Assembly (NCBI GenBank): GCA_036630325.1
Contig: CP142728.1
Coordinates: 682,001 to 746,000, forward strand
Source: Vairimorpha necatrix
Lineage: Eukaryota
Direction: 5' to 3'
DNA: 64,000 bases
Shown: positions 10,860 to 21,366 of the stretch, in pieces
Position numbering within the stretch: position 1 is the stretch's first letter
Layout of the letters: each line of letters opens with the position of its first letter
The notes under the pieces: model-generated
Seen by the model: the letters and a program-made list of their open reading frames with translations, nothing else
Told to the model about the DNA's origin: nothing
Database searches by the model: none
Position numbers and translations under genes: made by a program

Positions 10860-12293
10860 ATGGAATCTAACAAAGATGACTACTCATCCAATAAAGATGA
10901 TTATTCATTAAGTAAAGATGATTGTGTATCCAATAAAGATGACTACACATCCAATAAAGTTCATATATCCAATAAAGTATACATATCCAATAAAGTTCAC
11001 CACATATATAATAAAGTTCACTACACATTTAATGAAAATTTCACTATTCCACAAATTAGAAATCTAAACACTCTCGTTATTAAAGAAATCCCTCCTCTTA
11101 ATACTTATAACTTGTCTCTTTCTGACAATTTATCTTACATTAATACTAATATTAAAAATATCAAGAAACTTGATTGTACTTGGAAAGATACCTACAAACT
11201 AGAAATAAACCACAGACTTGATTTCATACCAGGAGACAGTATTGGTCTACTCTGTAGTAACAATTTAAATCTAGTAAATAAAATATTAGAAATTTGTAAT
11301 TTACCAAAAGACAAGTCTGTTTTTATATCTCAGAAATCTAGAAATGGCTTCAATTTTGAAGGATCTCTTTTTGATTTCTTCAGTCATGTCTTTGATTTCA
11401 CTTCTCTGCCTAAAAAGGCCTGGTTAGTCGACATATCAAAAACAAGTCAAAAAAAGACAGAACTTCTTTATCTGGCGAGTAAAGAAGGAAGTAAAGATTA
11501 TTTAGGGATGATAAGGAATTGGAATAATGTGCTTGATATTATAAATGAGTTTAAGTGTAAACCCAGTTTAGAAGAATTAATAATGAATTGTCAGGTTATT
11601 AAGCCTAGATATTATTCATTGACAAATCTAGTAGAAGATAATTGTGAAGTGATAATTAATACAGTGAGAAATGGGGAGAGATTTGGACATGTATCAAATT
11701 TCATAAGCACAATTTACACCAGAAAAGAAGAATTAAATAATACAAGTAAGACAGATAAGACAGATAATATAAGTAAGACGAATAAGACGAATGGGACGAA
11801 TAAGACAGATAATATAAGTAAGATGAATAAGACAGATAATATTATAAATATTAGTAAGACAAATAATATAAATACAGATAATATGAAGTTAAAAATTCTT
11901 CATAGAAAAAGTTCCCTTTTTAGATTACAAAATTCTAAAAATCTTCTCTGTATAGCGACAGGCACAGGTGTCGCCCCGTTTATAAGTTTCATGAAAAACA
12001 AATCTGACCAATTTATAAAATTGATCTACGGGTTTAGAAATCCAGAAGACGATTTATTAAAAAATGAAAATTTTTATAATTCAGAAATTATAAAAATTTT
12101 ATCAAGCCAGAAAAAATATGTCACTGATTTTATTTTAGAAAATATTAAAGATTTACAGAATTTTATAAAAGAAGACTGTCTAGTTTATGTCTGTGGGAGA
12201 CCAGAAATGCAGAGACAAATTTATGAAATATTTAAAGAAAATATGCCTGTCATTATAGAAGAAAAGAAAATATATTTTGATAGTTGGTTATAA
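10860..12293 (+). CDS. Diflavin-reductase-family FAD/NADPH module (MTRR/CPR-like) with no recognisable flavodoxin domain
   Basis: PGDSIG, KPRYYS, ATGTGVAPF, VYVCG and C-terminal DSWL. N-terminus is made of SNKDDY repeats. Confidence 0.8.
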   Translation: MESNKDDYSSNKDDYSLSKDDCVSNKDDYTSNKVHISNKVYISNKVHHIYNKVHYTFNENFTIPQIRNLNTLVIKEIPPLNTYNLSLSDNLSYINTNIKNIKKLDCTWKDTYKLEINHRLDFIPGDSIGLLCSNNLNLVNKILEICNLPKDKSVFISQKSRNGFNFEGSLFDFFSHVFDFTSLPKKAWLVDISKTSQKKTELLYLASKEGSKDYLGMIRNWNNVLDIINEFKCKPSLEELIMNCQVIKPRYYSLTNLVEDNCEVIINTVRNGERFGHVSNFISTIYTRKEELNNTSKTDKTDNISKTNKTNGTNKTDNISKMNKTDNIINISKTNNINTDNMKLKILHRKSSLFRLQNSKNLLCIATGTGVAPFISFMKNKSDQFIKLIYGFRNPEDDLLKNENFYNSEIIKILSSQKKYVTDFILENIKDLQNFIKEDCLVYVCGRPEMQRQIYEIFKENMPVIIEEKKIYFDSWL

Positions 12294-12445
12294 TAAAAAG
12301 AAATCAAATATAATAAAAAAATATTTTAAAATATGTACCATAATAATATATTTTAAAATATGTATTATAATAATATATTAGAATAAATTTTTTTTTACAT
12401 TTAATTAATTTTTAATTAAAAAAATAATAAGAATAAAAATGTATT

Positions 12446-13285
12446 GGGTGAAGGATACTTTAGACCCCCCCCCCTTTGAAGCGCTTCAATTTTTTTTTCG
12501 AACCCCAAAATTGAAGTGCAAAAAAAAAGAGGAGCAAGAAAGGGACAAAAATTTCTTATCACTTTAAACATTAAAAATACAAAATAAATATATGCTTTTA
12601 TACAAAAATTAATTTTAGATTTAGTTATAATAATCATTTGAAGTATTGTGTCTTTTTTCGCCCTTCTTATTTTTTCAATTTTTTTTAATTGTTGGTTTAT
12701 TATTAAAGTAGAATTTCTTCAAAAATCTACTTTAATAATAAACCAACAATTAAAATTATAAATATTATTTATAAAAGAAAATTTAAATAAATGTTCAACG
12801 ATCTACACATATTGTTAAATCAAAAAATTTAATTTAAATATGTTAAGTTATAAAGAATTATATAGTTTTATGGTTATAATCTTTTTTTAAATTAAATTTC
12901 GTATACAAATATATATTTATTTGGTATTTTTACTGTTTGAAGATGCAAGTAATTTGAGTACTAATGATTGCTTCTCCTTTATTTTGCACTTCGTTTTTGG
13001 GGTTCAAAATTATAAAGTGAACACTCTCAGAGGGGAGCGTTTTTGTCCCCAATTCTAAAAAATCAGAAGGGCAAAATTAGCTTATTGGTTTATATTATTT
13101 TAAAAACTTGTATTAAAATATAATTGTGTGCATAAATATATATTTATTTTGTATTTTTAATGTTTAAAGTGATAAGAAATTTTTGTCCCTTTCTTGCTCC
13201 TCTTTTTTTTTGCACTTCAATTTTGGGGTTCGAAAAAAAAATTGAAGCGCTTCAAAGGGGGGGGGGTCTAAAGTACCCCACCTCC
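12446..13285. mobile_element. Non-autonomous Mutator-like (MULE/foldback) element, 840 bp
   Basis: 148-bp TIRs (12446-12593, 13138-13285) starting GG and ending CC. Perfect 9-bp TSD AAATGTATT (12437-12445, 13286-13294). No coding capacity. Confidence 0.9.
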
Positions 13286-13390
13286 AAATGTATTATAATA
13301 ATATATTAACTAGTATTAATATGTATTCTACAAAATATATTAACTAGTATAAATATAATTAAATTTTTAAGTTTTAATTTTCAATTACAT

Positions 13391-14494
13391 TTAATTAATT
13401 TTTATAAGTTTCATTAGTTTAATTAATATTCCAATTAATAAAATAATTATGAAACTTATAAAAATCATCATTTTAAAAAGACTAAAAGCCTTCTTACGAT
13501 TTACTAGTCCACTAAAAGAACTATAATAAAAATACCCTTTTTCATAAGAAATCCCTGTAAGTGGCAAATCACACAACTTTCTAGTACAAAACAACTGCAT
13601 ATTTTTAAACAAAAAGCCTTTTCCTTGTGCTGTCCCAATAGTCACGAAATCTTCTTGGTCAACATTCATACAAGTAATTCTCGGAATTTTATAAGAAACC
13701 TCATTTTCTTTTATAAAAATCAACTGAGAATTTTCTCCTTTTAAATAAAAGACGAGTGTCTCGTCTTTTAAACAAGAAATGTCCCCAATTTCCAAATCAT
13801 AAAAATATTTCTTACCGTTAAAAACGAAACAAGATTTTGAATCTTCAATACAAACTTTGTGGATTCTATTATCGACAATAAAGAAATTTTCCCATGTATC
13901 TGGGACATCTGTCAATCCTTCTTCTCTTTCTATTAAGATTTTATTAGCAGATTTCTTTAAAGCGTAAACATATTCTTCTTGTGTCTCGTCTCTAAGAGTA
14001 TTTTTAAGTTTTATGTTTTTTTTTGAGGAAATTTTCGTGTTTTTTAAAGCATCGAAAATTGTGTAAATTTTCTTGTTTTCTATGAAAATCAAGTGTCTTT
14101 TAAAAATAAGGCGATCTGCTGGTTTTTCTATTTTAAATAATAAATTTATAGATTTTTTATCAAATTTACACAAATAAATGAAATTTGTGCCTCTAGCGGC
14201 GAAATGAACAGGGAAAACTTTATCAACTTTAGAAAAAGAATTATCAACTTTAGAAAAAGAATTATCTTTAGTTTTGTCATTATTGTCTAATTCTAAAGAT
14301 ATGTATCCTTTAGAAATAAATAAATCTAATATCATGTCTTCTGTCCCATAAAAAGCAATGTCTTTACTTGTAGTATCATTTAAAATTATAATTCCATTAT
14401 TTTTACCATCTTTTTCTTCTCCGCCTCCTCCGGCGACTATTACGAAATTTTCATAAGTTTTTAAAGTGAAGATTGGGAAAACAGGAGCTTTCAT
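13391..14494 (-). CDS. SEC12: Sec12/PREB-like Sar1 GEF
   Basis: N-terminal K-loop AGGGGEEKDGKNNGI, beta-propeller-like body, C-terminal TM helix. Confidence 0.7.
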   Translation of the reverse strand: MKAPVFPIFTLKTYENFVIVAGGGGEEKDGKNNGIIILNDTTSKDIAFYGTEDMILDLFISKGYISLELDNNDKTKDNSFSKVDNSFSKVDKVFPVHFAARGTNFIYLCKFDKKSINLLFKIEKPADRLIFKRHLIFIENKKIYTIFDALKNTKISSKKNIKLKNTLRDETQEEYVYALKKSANKILIEREEGLTDVPDTWENFFIVDNRIHKVCIEDSKSCFVFNGKKYFYDLEIGDISCLKDETLVFYLKGENSQLIFIKENEVSYKIPRITCMNVDQEDFVTIGTAQGKGFLFKNMQLFCTRKLCDLPLTGISYEKGYFYYSSFSGLVNRKKAFSLFKMMIFISFIIILLIGILIKLMKLIKIN

Positions 14495-14682
14495 AAAAAA
14501 GGGCGTGAGAAATCTTTTTTATATTTAAGAAATTTTTAATTGGTTCATTTTCTAACAAATATTAAAACTTTGTAAGAATTGTATATTAAATTTACATAAT
14601 ACTAATAAAAATAAAGCAATATACATTTAAAAAATAAAGCTTTATACATTTAAAAATAAAGCTTTATACATTTATTTAAGTT

Positions 14683-16410
14683 CTATATTTTCTTGTTGGC
14701 TTCTTCATTTACATTCTTAAAATCATTACTTAAATTTCTATCAATTCCTTCCAAATATTTATAAAAACATGTCGTCTTAGCCGCATTCTCCCTCCTCATT
14801 TCTACATCTTCTTTATTCTCATTTATCATTTCTATAAACTTAATCTTTATTATTTCATACAATTCTTTATATATCTCCCTATGACGTGTCATATAATTTT
14901 GTATATTCAAATTAAAATTTTTTTTTTCTTTGAAAATTTTTTCAATTTCTTTAATTTTTTCTTTACAAATTTCAAATTTAATATTCTCGATTTTTTCATT
15001 TATAATTTTCTCAGATCTAAGTTTAAATTTGTTTTTAATTTCGTTTACAAATTTTTCATCTTGAAAAATTTTATCTTTATTTGATGATAAAATTAGATCT
15101 TTGACGAATAAATCTATTTTATTGTGGAATAATTCAGTTATTTCTGAGTTATTAAGTTTTTCAATGAATGGAATTGCATCATCTATAAAAATATTAATTT
15201 CTTCTTTTTTATTATTTTTTATAGTTAGTTTTGATAAGTATTCTATACTTATTCTGCCTATTGTATCGGTCAATAAGTCGTCATTGATATTTAGTAGGTT
15301 AATTAAATTTTTTATAGAAATTAATAAATTTTTCATTTTTGAGATTTCAGTAGTGTTTGAGTTTAAGAAGAGTTCATTTATATTTTCCAGTATGACGTCA
15401 TAGAAATTTTGAAAATTTTTATTAATTTTCATAAGAAAAAAGCTATTTAGAATTTCAGCAATGTAGAAGTGCATTAGCAAGATATTATAGTCATAATTAT
15501 ATTTACTATTATCGTCATAATTAGATTTACTATTATTAATACTATCGTCATAATTAGATTTACTATTATAATTATTATATTTACTATCATTGATATTAAA
15601 TTTACTATCATTATTACTATCATCTTTATTTTTACCATTATTAATATTATTTAATTGTTTTTTTTTAATGTATATTTTCCTTTCTAGGTTAAATTTCTCT
15701 ATAAATTCGTCAATTTTGTTAATTTTCTTTTTCATATACAAAATATCCATCATCTTCCTACTTATAAACTTATCTCTTAACAATAATACTTCATTAAATA
15801 TTATTTTATTTTCTTCATCCACTAATTTAACTATTTTCTCTCCTAAAAATCCAAATTTTATCATATTATCATTTTTATATTCATTTATAAACTTATTAGT
15901 TTCTTCTGTCTCTTTTTTTCTATACAAATCTGCTATTTCACTTAACTCCGCAAAATTTTTATAATTTTTTAAATTATTTGTCAATTTTTCAATTTGACAC
16001 AAATTTGTTGTAAATTTGTAGAAATATAAATCGTCATTTCTATTAATATCAATATTTACACTTGTAAAAAATTTTTTAAGTTTTTCTAGTTCATTTATAA
16101 TTTGACAAATTCTTTTATCTAAAAAAATGTTGTCATTGATTTCTTGTTCTAAATTGTTTATTTTTATTAAGTTTTCTTTGTATTTTAAGACTAGAGACTC
16201 GTTTTCTTCTAGTAATTTTGGGATTTTATTTTTTATATTTTTTAAGTCTGTACATTTTTCGAGTATTTTTAAATATTCTTTGGAGATATTTTTTAACATT
16301 TTTAGTTCTTTTTGTTCTATTTCTTTAGTTAATGAAGCAGATTGGGCTTGTTTATCTTTTTGTCTTAGAATGTTTTTTAGTCTTATTTGATTTTCTATTG
16401 ATATTTTCAT
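14683..16410 (-). CDS. Hypothetical helical/coiled-coil protein, possibly a tethering-complex subunit
   Basis: Long ORF. Start moved to MKISIENQ after CCC. N-terminal coiled coil and Asn-rich insert, no diagnostic motif. Confidence 0.7.
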   Translation of the reverse strand: MKISIENQIRLKNILRQKDKQAQSASLTKEIEQKELKMLKNISKEYLKILEKCTDLKNIKNKIPKLLEENESLVLKYKENLIKINNLEQEINDNIFLDKRICQIINELEKLKKFFTSVNIDINRNDDLYFYKFTTNLCQIEKLTNNLKNYKNFAELSEIADLYRKKETEETNKFINEYKNDNMIKFGFLGEKIVKLVDEENKIIFNEVLLLRDKFISRKMMDILYMKKKINKIDEFIEKFNLERKIYIKKKQLNNINNGKNKDDSNNDSKFNINDSKYNNYNSKSNYDDSINNSKSNYDDNSKYNYDYNILLMHFYIAEILNSFFLMKINKNFQNFYDVILENINELFLNSNTTEISKMKNLLISIKNLINLLNINDDLLTDTIGRISIEYLSKLTIKNNKKEEINIFIDDAIPFIEKLNNSEITELFHNKIDLFVKDLILSSNKDKIFQDEKFVNEIKNKFKLRSEKIINEKIENIKFEICKEKIKEIEKIFKEKKNFNLNIQNYMTRHREIYKELYEIIKIKFIEMINENKEDVEMRRENAAKTTCFYKYLEGIDRNLSNDFKNVNEEANKKI

Positions 16411-16427
16411 AAAAAAGGGTGGAAATT

Positions 16428-16570
16428 TAAAAACAATGTTTAAAAAGAACAATGTTTAAAAAGAACAATTTATTAAAAAACAATGTTTTAAAGAACAATG
16501 TTTTAAAAGAACAATGTTTTAAAGAACAATGTTTTTAAAAGATTGTGTTTTTAAAAGATTGTGTTTTAAA
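16428..16570. repeat. ~15-16 bp tandem repeat AAAGAACAATGTTTT with variants
   Basis: Directly visible, about 9 degenerate copies. Confidence 0.8.
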
Positions 16571-17140
16571 TTATTATACCTATAAGATTTTTTTTAAATA
16601 AAAAAGATCTCTTTGCTTGCTTGTTACTCAGTCAATCCACTTATCTAAAGAAAGCCTTAAAATAGTCTGACTTAAAATTTGATTTTTTTTTATATCTTTA
16701 AACTTGATTAGTCAACAAGCCCAATTTTTATAGACTCGAAAATATAATTTATAATCAGAACAGATTTTTATACACCCGTTTGAAAAATATTCTCATATTA
16801 AGCCCATTATAAAAATATACTTAAAATCAGATTTCCATGCTTTTGTCTAGTCTCTTAAGTCTTCTCATAAAAGATTTTTAAATTCCATACATGTTTTCTT
16901 TACCTTGACCTAATTTTAGCCCTTTATTTTTTTAAGTCTATGCGTAAATCTCCCCTGGTGGACACACACAAGTTTTTTTATATCAGCATGTACGATTTTA
17001 AATTTATCTTAGTCCCGCGGTTCTTACCCGTGTAAATCTTAGAAATGTTTTTTTAATGTCTTATAATATAATACATATAATAAAATGTTTTATTAAATTG
17101 CGTAAGCCCACGCAGGCTTTATAAATTTACTTCTTTAAGT

Positions 17141-18124
17141 TTATTTTTGCCTTATATTTGGCTCCATTCTTAAATATTTCTCGTCTACTTGTTTTTCTTT
17201 TATAAATTTCTCTATCTTCTCACTTATCTTTTCATAATCTTCAAGTTTCTTACACAAGTTTATTTCTTCTCTAAATTCTTTATATTCCTTCAAAAATACT
17301 TGTAATATTTTATAAGTATGTGACTTTATATTCCCCAGATCATATTCATTATATTCTTCTCTATAAATCTCCAAATATTCTCTATAAATTTCTACACTTG
17401 TTTTATCTTTTATATTTGTAAATATAAGCGGGTTATACAAATGTGTCTCTGCTACCATCACTCCGTCACATTTGGTATATTCTACACATCTTTGTATATC
17501 AGAATTATAAATAATATTCCCATTAGAAATTACTGGTATATTTAGTGCCTCTTTTATGGCTTTTATATGCGCCCAACTGGCCAGGCCTGTGTTTACTCCT
17601 CTTTGGTGCCTTTGTCTCCCGTGGACTGTCAGCATTTTACAGCCTGCTTTTTCTATCATTTTGGCGTATTCTACGCTTTTTTCTATTGACTCAAATATTC
17701 TGATTTTACAAGTCACTGGTACTTTCAAATGAGTAGAAAGTTCTTTAATAATCTTCTCTACTAATTCCCAGTCGTCTTGTAGAAATGAGCCATAATGTCC
17801 TCTTCTTGCTATTTCTTGAGGACAGCCCAGATTTATGTCTATGGCGTCACAAAAATCTTGGACTAAAAGAGAGACTTTTAACATTTTAGAAATGTCATTA
17901 CCACATATTTGAATTATAAGAGGCCTGTCTTCTTGATTTGTAGTGTAGAATTTGTTACTTAGTGGATTTTGATTAGATCTTAGAAATGTGTCACAATTTA
18001 TCATCTCAGTGAAACAGAAATCTGCACCGTATCTTCTAGAAAGTTTTCTCCAACTCAGTTCTGAGTTGCCTACCATGGGAGCGAGGATTTTGTATGGCTT
18101 TACAAAATTTTCAAGAAAATTCAT
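17141..18124 (-). CDS. DUS1: tRNA-dihydrouridine synthase
   Basis: LAPMV, DRPLIIQICGND, IDINLGCPQ, TVHGR and SNGNI motifs. Confidence 0.92.
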   Translation of the reverse strand: MNFLENFVKPYKILAPMVGNSELSWRKLSRRYGADFCFTEMINCDTFLRSNQNPLSNKFYTTNQEDRPLIIQICGNDISKMLKVSLLVQDFCDAIDINLGCPQEIARRGHYGSFLQDDWELVEKIIKELSTHLKVPVTCKIRIFESIEKSVEYAKMIEKAGCKMLTVHGRQRHQRGVNTGLASWAHIKAIKEALNIPVISNGNIIYNSDIQRCVEYTKCDGVMVAETHLYNPLIFTNIKDKTSVEIYREYLEIYREEYNEYDLGNIKSHTYKILQVFLKEYKEFREEINLCKKLEDYEKISEKIEKFIKEKQVDEKYLRMEPNIRQK

Positions 18125-18299
18125 ATTAAAAAATCAAAGGGGTCAAAAAAAAATCAGCATAAAAAGTAACTTCAAAAAAGTAACTTAAAAATGTCTTAAA
18201 AGTATCTTAAAAGTAACTTCAAAATGTCTCAAATATTTTATAATTGTATTACTAATATTAGTAATATATTAAAATATGTGCGCTGCCCCTAATTTTCTT

Positions 18300-18530
18300 A
18301 TGTTCTCCCTTTATCTTTATAATCTCAATTATAAAATAAAAGCCAAGTGGTTAAAATACGAATTAATAAAATTAATCTCAAGATATGTCAAGTCTTATAA
18401 AATACGAATAAGTAGAAAAATGCCAGGACAAGCATTTGTAGATTTTGAAAATAAAAAAGACATGAAAAAATTAAAGAACATTTTAGAAGATCTTTTATTT
18501 CTTAACAGGCCAATAAAAATTACAATTTAA
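18300..18530 (+). CDS. Single-RRM U1A/U2B''-like snRNP protein (76 aa)
   Basis: LYLYNLNYKIK and KMPGQAFVDF match U1A/U2B'' RNP2/RNP1 (YINNLNEKIK, KMRGQAFVIF). Start at the ATG after CCCC. Confidence 0.75.
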   Translation: MFSLYLYNLNYKIKAKWLKYELIKLISRYVKSYKIRISRKMPGQAFVDFENKKDMKKLKNILEDLLFLNRPIKITI

Positions 18531-18551
18531 AAAATAAATATTAAAGGCTAT

Positions 18552-20147
18552 TTAATAAGTCTTGGAATAAAGTTGTTTCCTTACTTGTCTATTATTATAA
18601 TAATCATCTAAATCTTTATCTTCTAAATACCCAATATCCCTTAACTTCTGTATCACAGGAAAAAGCCCTTCTAAATTAAAAGGAGGGTCACAATACAAAA
18701 CAGTAACAAGTCTTGTAAAAGCAAGAGCCTCTTTTTTATCTTTAGCACTAAATCTCATCAAAAAAGTCATGTCAAATCTCAAACCATGAACTGTGAAAAA
18801 CCTGTACAAATCTAAGGCAACAAACCTCATGTTATTTTGTAAAAGCCATAATATTTCACGAGCTATTAAATCTTCATCTTCTTTATTTATATTCTCAATA
18901 TTCTTGTAAATATATTTTATATTTGTAAAATTATAGAGCATTCGTCGTACTCCTTCGGCATTTATAGATTCGTATGTTTTAAACTTGTCATCTTTGACAT
19001 TTTCTCTTATTAAATTGATGACGTCATTTTTAATATCAGGATTTAGATTGTTGGATCTAATGAAATAATCTGCTACTTCGTAGATATTATCTTTTTTATT
19101 AAGTGAAATCGTGTAAATAGTCCCATCTAAATCTACATTGAGATTGTAATCATAAGTTTTCTCTTGATTTCCTACTAAGACCCATTTATTTTGTGTCCAT
19201 TTGTAGACCAAATTATTAATCACTTTATATTTTTCACCATCAGACATGAATTCATGATCATTATTTGTATTCTGAAATTCGTCTCTATAATATTCATTAT
19301 TACTAATTTGATCTTCTTGTTTTTTATCATTAGCTTTATAAATATATAAAATCCCATCAGATCCACAAACATAGACAATATCTTCATAAACAAATACTTT
19401 CCAACACGAAGTACAAGGCGCATTATATTCTTCTAAAATATGAAGATTGTCATTTAAAATGACAATCTTCCCATTTTCCCCGGCACAAATAAAATGATTT
19501 TTAAATTGGACAATACAATACATAAAATCCTTAAACGAGTTATGAGATAATAAGTCCATATTTAAATTAGTCTTTAAAATAGTCCCTTCATTATCAACAG
19601 AATATATCAAATTATCTTTTACTATGACAGATCTAACACAGAAATTGTGTAAAGACATCGTATTTTCTAATTTATTATTTCTATAAATCCTTAACATTTT
19701 GTCTGCGCATGCTGTGACATACCGAGAATCGTCTATAAAATCGGAACACCAGACTGTCCCAGGGTGGTCAACACTGTACAACATTTTTAATGTCTTCATA
19801 TCCCATGCTTTGAGAGTGTGGTCCCATGAGCCTGATAATAAAATGTTCTTTCTTAATTTTAAGTTACAGACATTTCCACTGTGTCCGTAAAGGGGGGTCC
19901 TTTCAGATCCGTCAATATTGAAAATGCAGATAGTGCCATTTTGACAACCTATGATGATTTTCTTACCATCAAAAACTACAGAGTTTACATTTCCTGAATC
20001 TGATTTTATTTTCCCTACAGGGTTGTCATTCTTGTCATAGATTATTACTAATTCTTCTCTGCCTACAGTGATAATGTACTTGTCTGTTATTACGGCGTCC
20101 TTTATGTCTTTTGTACTGCAGTTTATGATATTCTTTAATTCTAACAT
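18552..20147 (-). CDS. DOA1: Doa1/Ufd3/PLAA WD40-PFU ubiquitin adaptor
   Basis: WD40 repeats (GHSGNVC, SGSWDHTLKAW) followed by PFU-like YKWTQNKWVLVG...YDYNLNVDLDG. Confidence 0.8.
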   Translation of the reverse strand: MLELKNIINCSTKDIKDAVITDKYIITVGREELVIIYDKNDNPVGKIKSDSGNVNSVVFDGKKIIIGCQNGTICIFNIDGSERTPLYGHSGNVCNLKLRKNILLSGSWDHTLKAWDMKTLKMLYSVDHPGTVWCSDFIDDSRYVTACADKMLRIYRNNKLENTMSLHNFCVRSVIVKDNLIYSVDNEGTILKTNLNMDLLSHNSFKDFMYCIVQFKNHFICAGENGKIVILNDNLHILEEYNAPCTSCWKVFVYEDIVYVCGSDGILYIYKANDKKQEDQISNNEYYRDEFQNTNNDHEFMSDGEKYKVINNLVYKWTQNKWVLVGNQEKTYDYNLNVDLDGTIYTISLNKKDNIYEVADYFIRSNNLNPDIKNDVINLIRENVKDDKFKTYESINAEGVRRMLYNFTNIKYIYKNIENINKEDEDLIAREILWLLQNNMRFVALDLYRFFTVHGLRFDMTFLMRFSAKDKKEALAFTRLVTVLYCDPPFNLEGLFPVIQKLRDIGYLEDKDLDDYYNNRQVRKQLYSKTY

Positions 20148-20589
20148 TGTAAATTTAGGGGGTCAAGAAAAAATATTTAAAGAAATGCCTGTCAAAAAAT
20201 GAATAATTTTTCCAATATATTGAAAAAACATCTTAATTTTAAATAAAAAGTTATAGGCATTTTTACAGTAAATTTGTTATAAATTTTTTGCCTATTTGTA
20301 AATATTTTTGATCTGCGTTGATATTTCTTATAATTTTTTTTCTACACTGGATATTATTCTAGTATTAATTTTGTTTTTTTACACTAATGCTGATTTTAGC
20401 CAATTTAATCCTCAGGATTTAATATTAATTGAATAATTAATTTTGTAATCTTCTTTTAAATATTAATTTTGTTTTTTTACACTAATGCTGATTTTAGTCA
20501 ATTAAAATTTAAATAATTTTCATCTATCTTAATATTATTAGATTCTATATCTATTTTCTGGTTTAATTTCTTGGCCCCTCTTTTCTCTA

Positions 20590-21135
20590 ATGAAGAGGAA
20601 GTTGCTTCTGTCAAATGTTTCAATGTGCATAAACTGCGGCATTAATTTATTTGATACAAAATCAGACTATGAATGCAAATCATGTCACAAAAAAGTCGAC
20701 AAATATTTCGAAGTATCTCAAACACTTCTTCTTATTGATCTTCTTCTCTTCAAGAAGCCTGTCTTAAGACACATCTTATTTAATAAGACTATGTCTTTGT
20801 TAATCTTCTTGTCTTATTCTTCTTTATTGTTTATTTTGAATATTGATTTTATGCTGTATTTTATTTTTTTAATATTTTTTTGTAAATTGAAATATTCAGA
20901 TTTAAATAAAATTCTTCTTTTGAGTTATTACTTGTTTTTTAATTATTTACTGAGAGTCTGGGGATATAAAGGAAGAGAATATAAATTGGTAGTGGAATTT
21001 ATAGTCATAGTAATAAATAGTAAAGGACTAGGGTGTATAAATGGGAGTAGAGTAGAAGATAATATATTAATATGTTTTATATCAAGAATATTGTCTATAT
21101 ATTTATTTAATATAATAAAATCCTCTATATTTTAA
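20590..21135 (+). CDS. ARV1: Arv1-like ER lipid-transport protein
   Basis: MCINCG...ECKSCHKKVDKYFE...LIDLLLFKKPVLRHILFN Arv1 homology domain plus TM segments. Confidence 0.85.
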   Translation: MKRKLLLSNVSMCINCGINLFDTKSDYECKSCHKKVDKYFEVSQTLLLIDLLLFKKPVLRHILFNKTMSLLIFLSYSSLLFILNIDFMLYFIFLIFFCKLKYSDLNKILLLSYYLFFNYLLRVWGYKGREYKLVVEFIVIVINSKGLGCINGSRVEDNILICFISRILSIYLFNIIKSSIF

Positions 21136-21366
21136 ATTAACTTCATAAAATTTAATTAAAATTTTAAAATTTATCTTAACTTTATAAAATTAAATTAAAA
21201 TTTTAAAATTTATCTTAACTTTATAAAATTTAATTAAATTTTGTTTATACTTTGTTGTACGGCAATTTATTGCATAAAAAAAATGCATAAATGAATATGC
21301 ATAAAATTAATATGCATAAAATTAATAACATAAACTTAATATATATTAAATTCTTAAATTATCATT

